Assembly (NCBI GenBank): GCA_003344405.1
Contig: NOWV01000018.1
Location: 310,001 to 374,000, forward strand
DNA length: 64,000 nt
DNA from: Trichoplax sp. H2
Lineage: Eukaryota
Direction: 5' to 3'
Within the stretch, counting starts at the first letter, position 1; each line of letters begins with the position of its first letter. The notes below the pieces were generated by a model, which was not told the DNA's origin, ran no database searches, and saw only the letters and a program-made list of their open reading frames with translations. This document shows positions 1 to 12,394 of this stretch, piece after piece. The position numbers were made by a program, and so were the translations under genes.

Positions 1-353
1 GATTAAGTATGAGTAAGAGATTCAAAATATTTACTGATAGAAAAGCTATGTAAGGGTAAGGTATAATAATAATACTGTTGTTGTTCACAAATTAGACGGT
101 TCCTATATAAACGGGAACATTTGAGTTGAGTGGGGTGGCAAGAAGTTGTAGATGTATCTTTACTAATAAAAGTTTTATCTTTACAGTATTTTACTGTGTG
201 TGTTTAACGTTAAGTAAAAGGGCGTTTAAGTCAGTAGCTACTTATAGACTTTTACTGTACGTTACCTTGTCGCAGAAGTGAAATTGTGACAATCCTATAG
301 ATATACTATGATTCTGTGGAGTCTTACCTTAATGATCATCTACCACTTAAAAG

Positions 354-3300
354 ATGTTACAAGCACTGGATACCGAGTCAAGCCGACCTTCGTATGTTAC
401 TGAGGTATTTGTTACCTTAATCATTAATAAATATAGTGTTTAGAATGGCTATAATTACATTAAATAATGTAAAAATTTGAAATGATACTGTAACAGAATA
501 GCGAAATCATAGCTATTCTAGACTTTTCTGTTTGATATCGTTATTAATAAATATAATTTGTAAACGTGACATTATCAATTAACTAACGGTATAATAGGAA
601 TTTTAGATAAACCTTGGCTATAGTACAGCATGGTTTTCCTAGTTAAATTTCTTCCACATGCTTAATTAATAGCTTATTGATATTGTTATTGCTTTCTGGT
701 GATTTTAGTGTATTGGCTATGTTGTATACTATGAATTATTGGAGGATACCGATCCTAAATTGATTCCAGCACTAGCGGAAAACATGATTAATAAGTCCAG
801 TTCAAAAATATTAAAAGAATCATCTGCAGAGGCTATCGGTCATATTTTTCGTTTAATGAAAAATGTGGTAAGATTTATACTTTTAACGAATTCATTCAAT
901 GGCTTTGCTACTTTCTATTTTGTGCCGTATTGCTCAGTTTTACATTTACTGTATATTGTATAGGAGAATGATTATTTAATATTAGAATCCGATCATGTAT
1001 TAGCTGCTTTATTAAATGGGATCAATTGGAAAGATGCAAGGTAGTATCTGTATAGCATTATGGACCAATCTTCTTTCGGTGTGCACAGTTGTTTGTGTCC
1101 TTATGTAGATTAAACCCTTAGGGAGTATTTCCACTTAATATGTTTCTAATCAATTAGTCAACGTGTTCAAAATACGATAATGACAGCTTTAAGTCACTTC
1201 CTGACATATGTGAAAGAAAATATCAAAGGAGACGTAAGTTATGCCTTGTTATTTTTCTATAAGTTGAGTTCGTTCACTACGATTAAATTTTAAATTTAAG
1301 ATTATTTAATCTTGTAGTAATATTTAATAAGAGGCCTTAATTATGCTTTTTTTATACGGTAATGGCTTATTGTGCACGATATTCATTCAATTTAATTAGA
1401 GTGTAGATTTCAAAAGTAGTTGGGCATATTTTAATTTTTAAATTCTAAAGAGAGACATAAACAATGTGAATCTTATCAAGCTTTACAAAATGTTTCCTTA
1501 TTGTAGTTAGATTATGAGTTTTATATTTATATATGTCTACTTTGGTATTTAAGTTTTAACTACAGTAGATATCAAATATAAATACCTGTAATAACGGCTT
1601 CAATACTTTATTTAACTAAATTATAGTAAAGTATATATCTTAAGACTATCCGCCTCAAATCCTATTACTATCCATTTCAACTAATATTTTTTAACTTAAA
1701 TCTTTACGCTTTCATGGAATAATGACCATGATAGGCTATAAAGAATACGCTACTATTTCATCAAGAGGAAGATGAAGTGATTGATATGAAATATATAAAA
1801 TATAAAATTATCCCTGAACGCGATGATGACATATTTATTGAAAATAATGGCGTGGTTAGTCATCATATTTGGATAGATTAGTTACCTATGAGCAAAGGCA
1901 TTCCGTCATAGCTAAATTTTCCACCAAATAAATTTAAATAGGAACATAAATCCAATGGATCATTATCAAGAATAAGCAATGTTGACTACGTGGTTAAAAA
2001 TGCTCTAGGTTACATGGTGCCAACATTATTAGAATTAATGGCCGTTCAGGTAGGAATTTCTCTTCTTCAGATATCAGAAATATTACGGTAACTTACAAGG
2101 TGGATATCATCACATTGATTAATTTGAAAACCATTTATAGGACGATCTTGATTGTGATGATGACTTCTTACCATTCGCAACGGTAAGACAGTGTTTTCAT
2201 GCTATTGGTGCGATTTACCAAGTTGATGTCTTTGAAATTATGAAAGATATAATGAAAGATAGCATTCACGAACATCAATTTCAATGCAGAGCGGCAGCCG
2301 TAATCGCTTTAGGTACCTACTGTATAGCCTTGAGACAGAACATATCAATTAGCTATAGACAAAAAAAGATTCTAATGTTAATATTAAGGGTAGCTGCTAA
2401 CTAAAATTGAATTTTAGGTTCATTTTCGGAATTTCTACAGATTAATAAAGATAAACATCAAGAATTTCTAAATTCTGTTAGTATCTATGGCTTACCAAGA
2501 TGTGTATAGTTAATTATGTCATGAAAGAAACCTTATCTTTACAATTAATACTATTTCCCATTTTAATTAAATAGCTTATACAGATATTAATGAAAATGAT
2601 ACAAGATGATAATGAAATTATACGTCAGTGTGTTGTATGGGCATTAGGCAAAATTGCAAGAAAGTCGTTGAAAACATTAGAGAGAAATGTTATAGAGTCG
2701 ATTGTTGATGTCTTGATGGAGAAATTTCACGGAAGCATCAAGGTTACAGCAAGTATTTGCAAGGTAATTCAGTGTTTTAATTTCAAAAGAGGAAATAAAG
2801 TCTACCATGATGGCTTAATAATAGCTTGCGTCTATTGGAAATAAGGCATTCACATCACTAGGTATAGAAGCTTATCGCCTTCAAGGTGGTGATCCAATCC
2901 CGTATTATTATCGACTATCACTTTATTACGAAGAAATTGTGATGGAATTACTTCACATTGCCGATAAGTAAACAACCTTATAGGTTAATTAGCTATTCGA
3001 TTTTAGCTCAAATTAAGCCATTGATTGCAATTCTTGATGGTAGGTATTGGAAAATGGATGGTAAAGACGCCTGTAAAATGTTTCAAATTGTATATCAATC
3101 ATTACAGCAGTTTATACAATATAGTCCGATTGTAAGAATTGTTACTTTCTTTCCATATTGACTCGATAATCTATATATATTGAAACCTGAGTAAATTTCA
3201 ATCAAAATTTAATTATGATGTATAGGATTGCTATGATGATGTCAAAACGGTTGCTACTATTATCAAGAATAAATTAAGAGTGACTTTACGGGAAGAAAAA

Positions 3301-5670
3301 GTCAGTTTAAAACAGTTGATTGGTTTTAAGCTTGCCTTCGAATTTTGATATTTTTTACTTAATGACAGAATGAACAAGATCATGTTAAACAAGTTGAGCT
3401 GCAATGCAGACTGTGTGAAGTACTACAGGTTAGATGAAAAAGTAAAATAAAACTGAAAGCAATGGAATAAATTTTAGATACCGTAGTAAATTTTTAAGTA
3501 TTCGTACTGGTGGATTGATAACTTCGATTGCGAATTATAGAAATTTATACAAAGAGCTCATAGTGATGATATTGCAAAATGGAAAGATGGCCTTATATCT
3601 TTAATAATATCGGTATTTAATTCATCTACTGACGGGAGTGGCAATCTCCAAAGCATAACATTATCCAATTTGGCTACACTTGCTGAAAGTAATAAATTAA
3701 TATACAGTAATATCTGACTCTAGAGTTCTATTGAAATCAACTGTTCTTTTAAGATTGAATTAATATACGTGTAAAGGTGCATTTTTCTGCTTTATGTGCA
3801 TACTAGCAGATGATGAACTTACCGAGTCTGATTAGAAGAATTTACTGTTTAGCTATATAGATCCAATAATTTAATATCTGTGCACATAAATTAGTGCATA
3901 GTCGTTGTGTGCTGTGTCATTTTACTGCATAGTAACGATACTCGAGTGCATCAGATCTGATTAAGTTTATTATTTTAATTCGTTTCGATTAGATATGATA
4001 AATTTGATATGCTGTACTATCGTTACTCTGTGTAGTTATAGTTATATAATAGTGATGCATCGGGCTTAAATCCGTTTCGATTAGTTATGATAGATTTGGC
4101 ATACTGTGCTATCGTTCTTCTGTGTAATTATATAAGTAATAATGCTCAGTCGTATCAAAGCTGATTAAAATTTACTATTTTAATCTGTTTCGATTAGTTA
4201 TGATGAATTTAATATACTGTACGTACTACTGCGTCATTCTTTAATATTTTGAGTATGTATTACATGCACTAAATGAGATTGAGCAGTTGGTTCCTTTTCT
4301 TTTCCATGACTTAAGATCAACATGACTATAGCCAGCACAATAACTCTGTTTAGGGTATATGATACTAAATGAATTATTATTTCAAATGTAATCTTATAAT
4401 ACAGGGATTAGAGTAGATCTATCAGATTACATAAAGCATATTTACAAGATGATACCATGTCTAATAATTGGATTAAAGGACACTTATCGCAATCAAGTGA
4501 GTATAATATTGCAAGTAGCAGCTAAAATAGGAGCTAATTATTATACAAGTGAATTTCTTATGTCCCTGTGCAGTTTAAGTTTCCAGTTTTATGCTTTTAG
4601 GGTCGAAAAAGTATGTGGTAATTCTGATAATTGACCTATCGAAAATCGATATTTTATCTGTAAAGGTATTTATTTCAGCGGTTCGCACACTGAAACCTGT
4701 CTGCAGGAAATTAAGAACTAACTTTGTTCCTTATTGTTTCGAAATTATTACTATCCTACTTAATAAAATAACGGTAAGTTATTAACAGTTGTTATAATCT
4801 ATTTGATCGCAAATAGGGTATATCATAGCATAGCTTTTGATATAACGTAATCACCGTTATTGACATGAAGCCTTCTTCACGCTAGGATATTCCATTTTGT
4901 TCATGTTTTAATCAAGACATAATAGCAGCTCTTGGAAACATCGCTGAAAGTATTGGAATGTACTTTGAAAGCTATCTACAACCTGTATTGGAAGCCGTTG
5001 ATCATGTAGCAGTTAATACAAATCCTGTAAGTTTTATTCAATTATTTCACCTTAATTTTGAAATTTGGGTGGCTAATAGAATCTCTAATCTATCCTTCAA
5101 ATCATGAAAAATATTATTAAAGGGAGATCTTGGCATCAATTCTTGCCAATTGAGAGATCTTAGAACGACTTGTTTAGAAACTTATAAGCGCATCCTATCT
5201 ATTACCGGTAATTTCAATAGTATTTTTGGAGATCGATTGATATATCAAGATGATATTAAGGGGTAGATAACATTATCATACGCGTGTATTATCGATTTTT
5301 CATCGTTTTATACCAATTTTAGTGAATAGAGATTTAATTCGTTCCCATATTGGCAATATAGTCAAGTTGATCGATATTTTGGCAACTTCAGAACAATTAT
5401 CTCGTGAAGAACTCTCTAATACAGCACAAATATTAAGGTAGGGTTAATTTTAAATCTCTCAATGTTTTTTTATTAACAAAATTTCTTAAATAAAAACTTA
5501 TCGATATTTTCTCTAGATACTTATCGAGTAAGCATGGAAACTCAACCGTTCAATCATTTCTATCAAGCAAGATTATCAAATGGTTGCAATCTGGCATACA
5601 AGATATTGATCATCAAAAGACAGCCTACATATGTAGACAAACATTAGATCAGCTAAGTCTGTCGATGTAG
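354..5670 (+). CDS. Divergent importin-beta-1 (karyopherin beta)-like HEAT-repeat protein, multi-exon; N-terminus not visible in window
   Basis: Spliced exons are collinear with KPNB1. 354-404 MLQALDTESSRPSYVTE (cf. VLQTLGTETYRPSSASQ). 709-867 CIGYVVYYELLEDTDPKLIPALAENMINKSSSKILKESSAEAIGHI (cf. CVAGIACAEIP..WPELIPQLVANV..MKESTLEAIGYI). 2141-2312 DDLDCDDDFLPF..RAAAVIALG (cf. DENDDDDDWNP..RDAAVMAFG). ~2590 MKMIQDDNEIIRQCVVWALGKIA. 4667-4773 VFISAVRTLKPVCRKLRTNFVPYCFEII. Last exon ends TAG at 5668-5670. GT-AG boundaries. Confidence 0.85.
3870..4240. repeat. Degenerate intronic tandem repeat (~90-110 bp unit, about 3 copies)
   Basis: Motif TTTAAT(C)TGTTTCGATTAGTTATGATA..TTTG..AT.CTGT.CTATCGTT recurs near 3975, 4068 and 4180, inside the long intron (3689-4403) of the importin-beta-like gene. 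Confidence 0.75.
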
Positions 5671-6484
5671 AAGCTACTAATGTCCACGACATTTTGAAAA
5701 AAATTAATTCTTAACAGAATAAATTGGATGGCATTCTTAGATGATCCTCAATAGACTTTAACTTACAATGCTGATTATATCTTTGATAAAGAGGCATAGT
5801 TTCAGCAAAACTCAGCTATAATAAATAGTTCAATTAACACAAACATTTTCTATTTTGCCAATAAATGTGTCGCTTTCATTTAATCTACTTCTCCCTTTTA
5901 CATTCACCTAGTACCAGTTAGAATACCCTCGTAATAATGGTCCTCTTGTCATTGATTAATAATATATCAAGGTATTGAAAAAAGAGTTCTTACTTTTGTA
6001 ACATCATGATGTGGTGTTTCATCTTTGGTGTTAGTTTAGGAAATGAAATACTATCGAGAATATTTTCATACTGAAAGAGGGAAACCTCTTAATCAAAATA
6101 GCAATTACAACGGGTTGACAGTTTTGTGTAGTTGTCGATCGAGATATTAACGGAAGTCAGAAAAAAGCGAATCAACTATTTAGTTAACAAAGATTGGTTT
6201 TAATGCAATCGTATTATCGATGCTCTATTCCATTTTAGTAAAATGAACCCTGTTGATTGTAATGGAAGTTAGAAGGGATGCAATAGTTATTTTGCATTTG
6301 CTAATTATGATTAGCATTAAATAATATCAATTATAAAAGTACGAGTAATCATACTATCAGATATATTTCTAGTTAAACAAATGAAAACCCTTGATTGCAA
6401 AGACATATATATAAATCAAATAGACCAGTTATTTGTATGTAATGGCCTAGATTAGTATTGATAACTTTAATATTTTAATTCTTA

Positions 6485-6990
6485 CTCTTTCGGATTAATT
6501 TCAGCATCTCTTTCACGATTTTATCGTTAGGGAAGATTTTACACTAATTTAGGATTACATTTAAATTAATAAACGACTAATTGTAGTCAATCAATGTAAT
6601 TATTCTACGAGTGTTAAAAGACTTAAGAAAGTCGAAAGAAATTTCTAAAGTCCAAAGCAGCTTTTCGGATGACCTTGCTATTACGAATGAAATCACTAGT
6701 AATTTATGGAGAAGAAACTGAGCAATGTTCATGGCTTTCTGTCCAAACATAAATGTCATTGATAGAGTACAGAACTTAAATGTAAGTAATAGATTGGAAA
6801 CTTTTGTCTGGTTAATACTGTATCACTGATCGATTCCTGTAAAGTAGTGGAGACTAGGTTGTAAATCAATTGCAGGGAATGAAGAGGAGATATTAAGTAA
6901 GGCAGAAACATCAAATTCTTATAGATCCAAAATTTGACTACCTCTTTTATTCATGTTTTTCAAGCAATTTAAAGAGGAAATTCTGTTGGA
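6485..6990 (-). pseudogene. Fragment (several exons) of an importin-alpha-like paralog
   Basis: 6577-6730 is clearly homologous to 19832-19990 (shared CTAAAGTCCAAAGCAGCTTTTCGGATGACC), and 6485-6530 to 19735-19781. One acceptor is mutated (TAG>TAA). No downstream ARM exons were seen. Confidence 0.75.
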
Positions 6991-7211
6991 AGCCCCTGAG
7001 GTTTTCCTAGAATGATTGAGATGATCTCAAATACCTGATATAGAATTTTTCTAGCTCCAGATGTACTTGATGGCAGTAATCAACATACTCATAGCAATTA
7101 TCGAGATTACATAAAGTATAGTAACACAAGGAAAGAAAGTACTACCAAACATTGTAGATGTTTAAATTGTGACATATTTAATTTAGAACGCTCATTATAT
7201 ACTTGTATAAC

Positions 7212-7518
7212 CAGGGACTACTACACATAAAAAGAAAGAGACGTAAAGCGATCGTCGACTATACTAATAATGTGCAGGCTGATTATTTTACTGGTTATTT
7301 CAACTGTATCGCATATCTGCAAAGACACACTATCCTGTCCTTGATTGACATCTAAATTAGATGCTAATATGTTGCTAAGTTGGTTTTGTGCTGTATGATG
7401 TGCGGTTTCATTGGTACAGTATAGTAGAATGATCGAAAAAATGATAGGCCTCCACATTATTTTGCACTAACGGCCGCTTTACGTCCCTCTTGTTTTACTT
7501 TTAGTATCGTAGTGCCTG
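7212..7518. mobile_element. MITE with CA..TG termini inserted into the ~170-bp tandem repeat
   Basis: Left end CAGGGACTACTACAC..GACGTAAAGCGATCGT; right end reverse-complements to CAGGCACTACGATAC..GACGTAAAGCGGCCGT. 7-bp flanks are GTATAAC / ACATAAC. The repeat unit is interrupted at this point. Confidence 0.7.
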
Positions 7519-7520
7519 AC

Positions 7521-8325
7521 ATAACAACGGCTTAAAAGTTATAGTTGTTTATAGTCTATAGTATACCAATTAGCCTTGTATCATGCAGTAGTACAGTAGC
7601 ACTAGAACAATTGCTGCGATTTTGAAGGATTAAGTGGAGATGGTAAATATTTTAAATGATGACATGTTTAATTTTGGAACGCTAGACTGTTGCTAGCTAG
7701 TTAGCTATATATAATAAAGGTTCAAAAGCTACAGTTATTCATAGCCTATACCGATTAGTCTGGTATGATGTATACCAGTACGCTAGTACTAAATTAGTGT
7801 TACATTTTTGGAGGATTTAACTTATAGATAGGAATATTTTATATTATAACACATTTTATTTAGAAAAACTTGCTATATATAATAACGGTTCAAAAGTTAC
7901 AGTTGTTTATAGTCTATACCGAATATTCTTGTATCATGTAGTAATACTATAGAACTAGAAAAATTGTTGCAATTTTGGAGAAATTAATAGAGATAAAAAT
8001 ATTATAAATTATGATACTTTTAATTTAAAACGCTCGCTATACGTAAATATTAACGGTTCAAAAGTTACAGCTATTTATAATCTATACCAATTAGTCTTGT
8101 ATGGTGTAGTAATACAGTAGAACAAGAATTATTGTTGCAATTTTGGAGGATTTAATTTAATTAACAGGTAGGAATATTTTAAATTATGACTTATTTAATT
8201 TGGAAAGCTCGCTATAAGATTCAAAAATTACAATTGTTTATAGTCTATACTGGTTAGTCTTCTATCATGTAGTGGCACAGAAATATTAGAGCAATTGTCG
8301 CAATTTTAGATGATTTGATAGAAAA
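7521..8325. repeat. Tandem repeat, ~165-190 bp unit, about 5 copies (plus a partial copy at ~7157-7203)
   Basis: Unit ATAACGGTTCAAAAGTTACAGTTGTTTATAGTCTATACC...ATTGTTGCAATTTTGGAGG...AAATTATGAC..TTTAATTT.GAACGCTCGCTATA starts near 7524, 7714, 7882, 8050 and 8215. Confidence 0.9.
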
Positions 8326-9204
8326 TACTTGTTCAATTATTGCGCTATGCTCTTGAATACTATATTGATATATAGCACTAATGTGTACGCGTATACTCAT
8401 ATTAAGATATTATGATGCCGCAAAATCCGAACTTTCCACAATTGCAATCATAATGATTATATACTCAAGTGAAAAGGTTTAGCTTATCAAAACCTACAAT
8501 AATAATTACTTTACTGTAGTACTCGTATAGTATTTATTTTAAAATGATATTGCTTTTACCGTAAATTAGCTATGTAATTTTCATTGAACGTATGGTCCTC
8601 TAAATATTTCTTAGTACAAAAAAATGTAAATGAAATACCATACGTAGTTGTAGTCAGATAGAACTATTTTGTAAGTTCTCATAGTATACAATAGAGATAC
8701 AGCTAACGGCCTAATTTTATATAAGATTTTATTGTTAATGAATGAAGCATGTTTAATAACTTTGAATAAGCATAACTGCTCATGTCCAATTTAACAAGGC
8801 TAAAAAAAAATTTATTCACAGCTACTCCCAGTTACCCTGCTACAACTAAAAAATATAGTCTAAATACTTTAAGCTAGCATAGTTTCTACAACTACAGTAA
8901 AGTAGGAGGAAAGAAGATATTTTACAGATCTCCTAATTTTGTAAATATATGTAGTACCTAAGTAGTCAAATGATAGGCTGGGTATAAAATGTTGCACTCT
9001 TACTATGATATCACATGATATATAGAGATTTCACAAATGCCAGTTTGTTAATTTATGGAGTTAAAACGGTCAGAAGATTGTTTTAAAACTTCTAAACACC
9101 GACTAAACCAGGTCTGGAATGCCGTTAATAATAAAAAGTTGTCAGAAAGGGCGTAGACTACTCGTACGTATATTGGAGTAGGAAATTCCCAGCAAAAGAT
9201 GATG

Positions 9205-12200
9205 TTAAATACTTATTGCATTAGGGATATTTTTCGGGTTCAAATGCAGGTATGGTTCCTTTCTGGTTTTATTCCTCTCATCGTTTTCTTTGGAGATTTT
9301 CTGAAGTCCCTCATGAAATCTATTGAAATAAAAATAATAATTCAATATTACTGAAATTAAAATTGTAACATTAATTGGAAAATAAATTTGAAAATGGTAT
9401 TATTAATAACTTAGAATTTTGTCTAATGGATGAATTTATTTGTTTTATTATATTGAAGACAAAAGTTTTGATAAATACGACGTAGGATTGGAGAACTTAC
9501 TCGTTCAGTGCTTCTACTCCTATTGGGTCATATAGGTAGTTGATCTCATAAGTGCCCAATGGATCTGTTGCTTTCTCACTAAGAATTCTAGTCATATCCA
9601 TTATCTCTAAAGTCGTTTCAGAACTAGGTAGGTACTTGACGAAATCACTATCACTGATAGGACTCTAAAGGAAGTAGAAAAGTTATACCAATTATCAATA
9701 TATCATTGTAGCTATTTTGTAGTGTTTTACAGATTTATGTTGTATATAAATTGATTATATATCACTGAAGCACAAAATTTGATAAACATTGCTAAATTTT
9801 GTTGCTCAGTATTCTGGGTTATTATTATTATCTATTTAATTAAATTAGGAGAGATCAATGAAATCTTTTAATAACAATTATAATTAAGTAAGTAGATATT
9901 TAAGTGTTAATATAATGCATGCATTAGTTGATCTCGAATTAAACTGTGTATATTTTAGATACAAATTTTTAAATATTGTACTGTATGCACAAGTATTCAC
10001 CTTCATGTTTCCAGTTATGTCTATCCTTAAAAGAGAATACTATGGACTGTAATTTGTTAAGAGCTATGAATTAATAAGCTCTTTATTTTCTTGAGAACCC
10101 CCAACTGGTACATTCTGTAGCATTGTTAAATCACAAATGAACATTTTCTTCGTCTTAATGGCCTGATCTAAGGTATTGCCTTCCAAGAACGGTTTAATCA
10201 TGTTGTTGGTAACTTTAAAACTAATAAATTATAGAAGGACTCGTTATCAATTTGTCAACGATTTTTCAAAATTTCTTTTGGAAAATTGCTAGTAACATTG
10301 GTTGATATAAGACAATTATCTTACGCAGATAGAATTGCAGTACATAATTCTAATACGACTGGATTAACGCCTTGGAGACGTTGATTGGTGAAATGGAAGT
10401 CTTGGTCCCATGCAAACTGGCCCTAATGAGCGAAAGATAGAAATTATAAAGGTTGATATAAATCACGTTGTTTCCACGCGATGACTTTACACAGTTTTTT
10501 CTCAATGTAAGCGAAAATAGTATTATTTTTCTTACTCTATTTTTTGTAATTACGATGTATTCACACTCTTTGGAAGTAGTTTTATGTTATTCTAATGAAT
10601 TCTGATTACCGTATACTGTAAATTCACCACATCGCACATAATATTTATTGATCATGCTAGGTCAAGTTTCCTTAGCTAATTATTTTACTAAAGTTAACCA
10701 GGTCAGCTTAGTTATTCTCTAAAATAACCATCAATTTGATTATTTAATTAAGTAACTAAGAACCTTTATAAAATAATCATGGGAAAAGTTGTTTCCCTAT
10801 TTGACTTCTTGCTAACTTCAACTGTCATGGTTATTTTTTCCAAGGTGACCCGGTTTACTTCTATAAATAAGTACCGACTGTGCTATTTTATTAAATGACT
10901 GGTTAGCTTTACAAAATCAACAATGATGATTTGATGGCTTTATAAAGTAGTTTATTACTTTGTAAACATTATTGGCTCAGTAAACTTGACCTAGCAGTAA
11001 CATCAAATTTTGCAACCCAAAATTTTGCTATCATCAAGAGATGGCTAAAAAAACTGCATAAAGCTGATAGCAAAACAGTTCCTATCTTACACTAGGCGTA
11101 TGAAAGTCAGTCCCATCTCGATAGATACTGCTGATATCCGGCAATGACGACCATGATCCATAAACCCACCCAATGGCTGCGTCAGTTAATACTTTGCCAA
11201 CCTTTTCACAGAAAATTTCGTTCTATATCCGAATAATATATCGAATGGCAAAGAGTACACTTCAATATAAGCGTCTAAACAAACGTATGATGTAATTTTA
11301 GTCTCCTAAATTTAATCTACTATCAAGTAAACTACTGTATCAACGGTCGAGCTACGGTTTCGTTAATATGGCAAGAATTACGTTTATCCAAAAATTAAAA
11401 AAAAATAATTCTATATACTGTATACTAGAGATCCTTTATCTCTAGGATTGTGATCTTATACGCACAGAGTAGACTTCATTGAACATTTCTTCACGTGGCA
11501 ATTGTTTCACCTGTAATCATAAATAAATAAGGATAATAAACAAGCGGACTAGAAGATGACGATATTTCAATATTAGCACAGTAATGTGTTCTATTCATTT
11601 TAAAATTGAGCTTATGCAGTACTGTAGTTTAGATTGTGGAGCCAATTTTAAAGTGTCTTTCATAACTACGAACTAGCGGTACCTTTATTGATGTCAGCTT
11701 ACAAAATTAAGAAAAAAAAATGAACAGAGCACAGTACATAACTGGGTAAATTGTCAATTATTACTACTCTTAGCGATACAGATATCATGCACATTATTAA
11801 CTCGGATTTGTTCTACTCTGGCGTAGGTCTGCAACAACGGAATAACGCTATTCTATTTGAAGGTATACTTACGACTCATTTTGAAATATTACCTGGATAG
11901 GAAAACCTGGAAATTTCAGATCAAGTACATAACGCTCTCGCCTCATCAAAAGCTCTTTAAGCAGGCATCACGCTGTTTATCCTTTTGGGATAGGACACAA
12001 TCCCACTTTTGGAACTGTCTTGGAATGTTCGGCTTTATCCAACGATGAATTGGGAATTCGGCTTTGACCAACTTGCTACCAGCAATATACTCGATCGATA
12101 CATATTCGCAAAACCAGTCAGATTAGAATCCTCAGGAATTACGACTGAGCTCAATCGTTTCAATATCGCCTAATTTTTTTCCAGTTTAACAGTGACAGGG

Positions 12201-12394
12201 AATTTATTGATTTGACCTTTTTCGAATGAGCTTCAAAGTAGCTGGAAATTTTCAAGAGTAGTCTTATGCGATTTATTGTTTTCAGCATCGATGAGAAATA
12301 TATAAACTGTGGCGCAAGTTTCAGCACCTTTATAATTGCCAGCTTTGACGTAAATAATATAATCGACTTCGTAATCGTCCTTGGTGCAGTCTAT
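9205..12394 (-). pseudogene. Lipoxygenase (PLAT+LOX) pseudogene with internal deletion of catalytic exons
   Basis: PLAT exon 12394-11893 reads IDCTKDDYEVDYIIYVKAGNYKGAET..LL*SSFEKGQINKFPV..S*GF*SDWFCEYV..FPIHRWI..KWDC, with in-frame stops, two frameshifts and ATA in place of ATG. Later exons VKQLPREEMF, GQFAWDQDFHFTNQRLQGVNP and NNMIKPFLEG, then the last two exons ending HLNPKNIPNAISI* (stop 9205-9207). Exons carrying the iron-ligand His residues are absent. Confidence 0.92.
10655..10996. mobile_element. MITE with long terminal inverted repeats in an intron of the LOX pseudogene
   Basis: Left TGCTAGGTCAAGTTTCCTTAGCTAATTATTTTAC; right end reverse-complements to TGCTAGGTCAAGTTTACTGAGCCAATAATGTTTAC. 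An inner pair also matches (AAAGTTAACCAG at ~10690, CTGGTTAGCTTT at ~10899). Target site TA or CTAG. Confidence 0.75.

Noticed and set aside
7521-8325. Possible CRISPR-like array
   Set aside because: Whole units are homologous with no unique spacers, the context is eukaryotic, and no cas genes are present.
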